DNA from: Cystobasidiomycetes sp. EMM_F5
Lineage: Eukaryota
DNA length: 64,000 bases
Reading direction: 5' to 3'
Assembly (NCBI GenBank): GCA_051047955.1
Contig: JBPGPT010000003.1
Span: forward strand, 682,001-746,000
Positions 63,195 to 64,000 of the stretch are shown one piece after another. The position numbers were made by a program, and so were the translations under genes. A model generated the notes under the pieces. The model saw only the letters and a program-made list of their open reading frames with translations, had not been told where the DNA came from and did not search any database. Within the stretch, counting starts at the first letter, position 1, and every line of letters starts with the position of its first letter.

Positions 63195-64000
63195 CTACTT
63201 CTCCTCATATGGATATACCAATCTATCGTCTTTGCGCCTCCAAACCTTCTTCCTGTTATTGATTGCACATGTTGTGAAATCAGCTGAGGCCCACACCACT
63301 AACGCTCTGCATCGTGCTCAACCTACTTCTTCTTCGTCATGACGTGCTCGCCCCATACTTCAGCGCAGTACTTGGTCTTGAATTCCCGTATAAAGCGAGG
63401 ATCCCTGTTTGAGGAATACGTCAGACCGACGTGCGAGGTCAGCACACCGAATGTACTTACCATAGTTCACTCGCTATCCCGAGGTCTTTACAGCATCTCA
63501 GCAGGGCATTGCTTTTGCACCCTTCCGTAGCCGTCGGAATGCCAGTCTGATCAAAGTAATCTTGTTCGCCGCGAGCAACGCTGACCAGCCGACCGAGGCA
63601 GACTAGAGCATACTCCCGCGACACCACCTTGCTCGATACGTGCGTCTCACTCCGAGGCGCCAGACCCCATCCTCCAGGCCCGAATGCTCGGTTCAATATA
63701 CGACGATACTTGATTTCCGGCAGATAGAGTAGCCCATCTGTGTAATAGTCAGTGGTGTTTTGTTCTAGTCTGGGCTGTATCGCCCATACGCAAATCGTTT
63801 AAGTGGCGTAGACATACCAGGCTTCACTTCTATGTCGAGAGGATCTATGGGAGCTTGAAGCACCTGCGCAGCTTCCTTTCGGAAAGGCTCGTAACTCAGG
63901 CCATGAAAAGATCGAGACCAGTCGTGGGGTGCTCCGCCCTGAGCCTCCTGTATCCCGAGTTGACCGTCGAAAGCTGACGGTGCAGGTGTTCCCGCTGGAG
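63195..64000 (-). CDS. MGM101: Mitochondrial genome maintenance protein Mgm101 (Rad52-like), 5' end off the window
   Basis: '[10 protein letters not shown]...[35 protein letters not shown]...[22 protein letters not shown]...[30 protein letters not shown]...WRRKD'. Confidence 0.97.

Noticed and set aside
1..64000. CRISPR arrays, rRNA, telomeric repeats, transposase/RT/integrase ORFs
   Set aside because: None detected by eye; degenerate relics cannot be excluded without an HMM search.

Overview
This is a gene-dense, intron-rich eukaryotic window from a fungus. The ~60-nt introns with GTRAGT/CTRAC/YAG signals, many microexons and the protein motifs point to a basidiomycete, probably a Pucciniomycotina-type yeast (inference). 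I can support about 27 protein-coding genes, nearly all split across several ORFs in the six-frame track. Recognisable genes are TVP38, arylamine N-acetyltransferase, a DAL5/ACS-type MFS transporter, an F-box protein, a ZIP metal transporter, FIG4, hexokinase, two tandem cytochrome P450s, a full-length Argonaute with an intact DEDH tetrad, a MYND zinc-finger protein, RPL42/eL42, EAF1/VID21, acetoacetyl-CoA synthetase, an FHA tail-anchored protein, proteasome beta2 (PUP1) and MGM101. Several orphan, secreted or membrane proteins are also present. I found no rRNA, tRNA, CRISPR array or transposon, and I cannot demonstrate a new multi-gene system from the sequence. The best leads are: (i) an orphan 7-TM GPCR-like gene with a very long third loop; (ii) RPL42 with two GC-AG introns whose donors can fold into hairpins, plus an 18-nt microexon and a stop-only last exon; (iii) an acetoacetyl-CoA synthetase ending in the PTS1 signal -AKL; (iv) a 62-aa myristoylation-motif microprotein missing from the ORF track; (v) a compact Argonaute lacking an RGG extension; (vi) a divergent NAT/MFS pair. 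All gene models were spliced by eye, so some start codons are uncertain.
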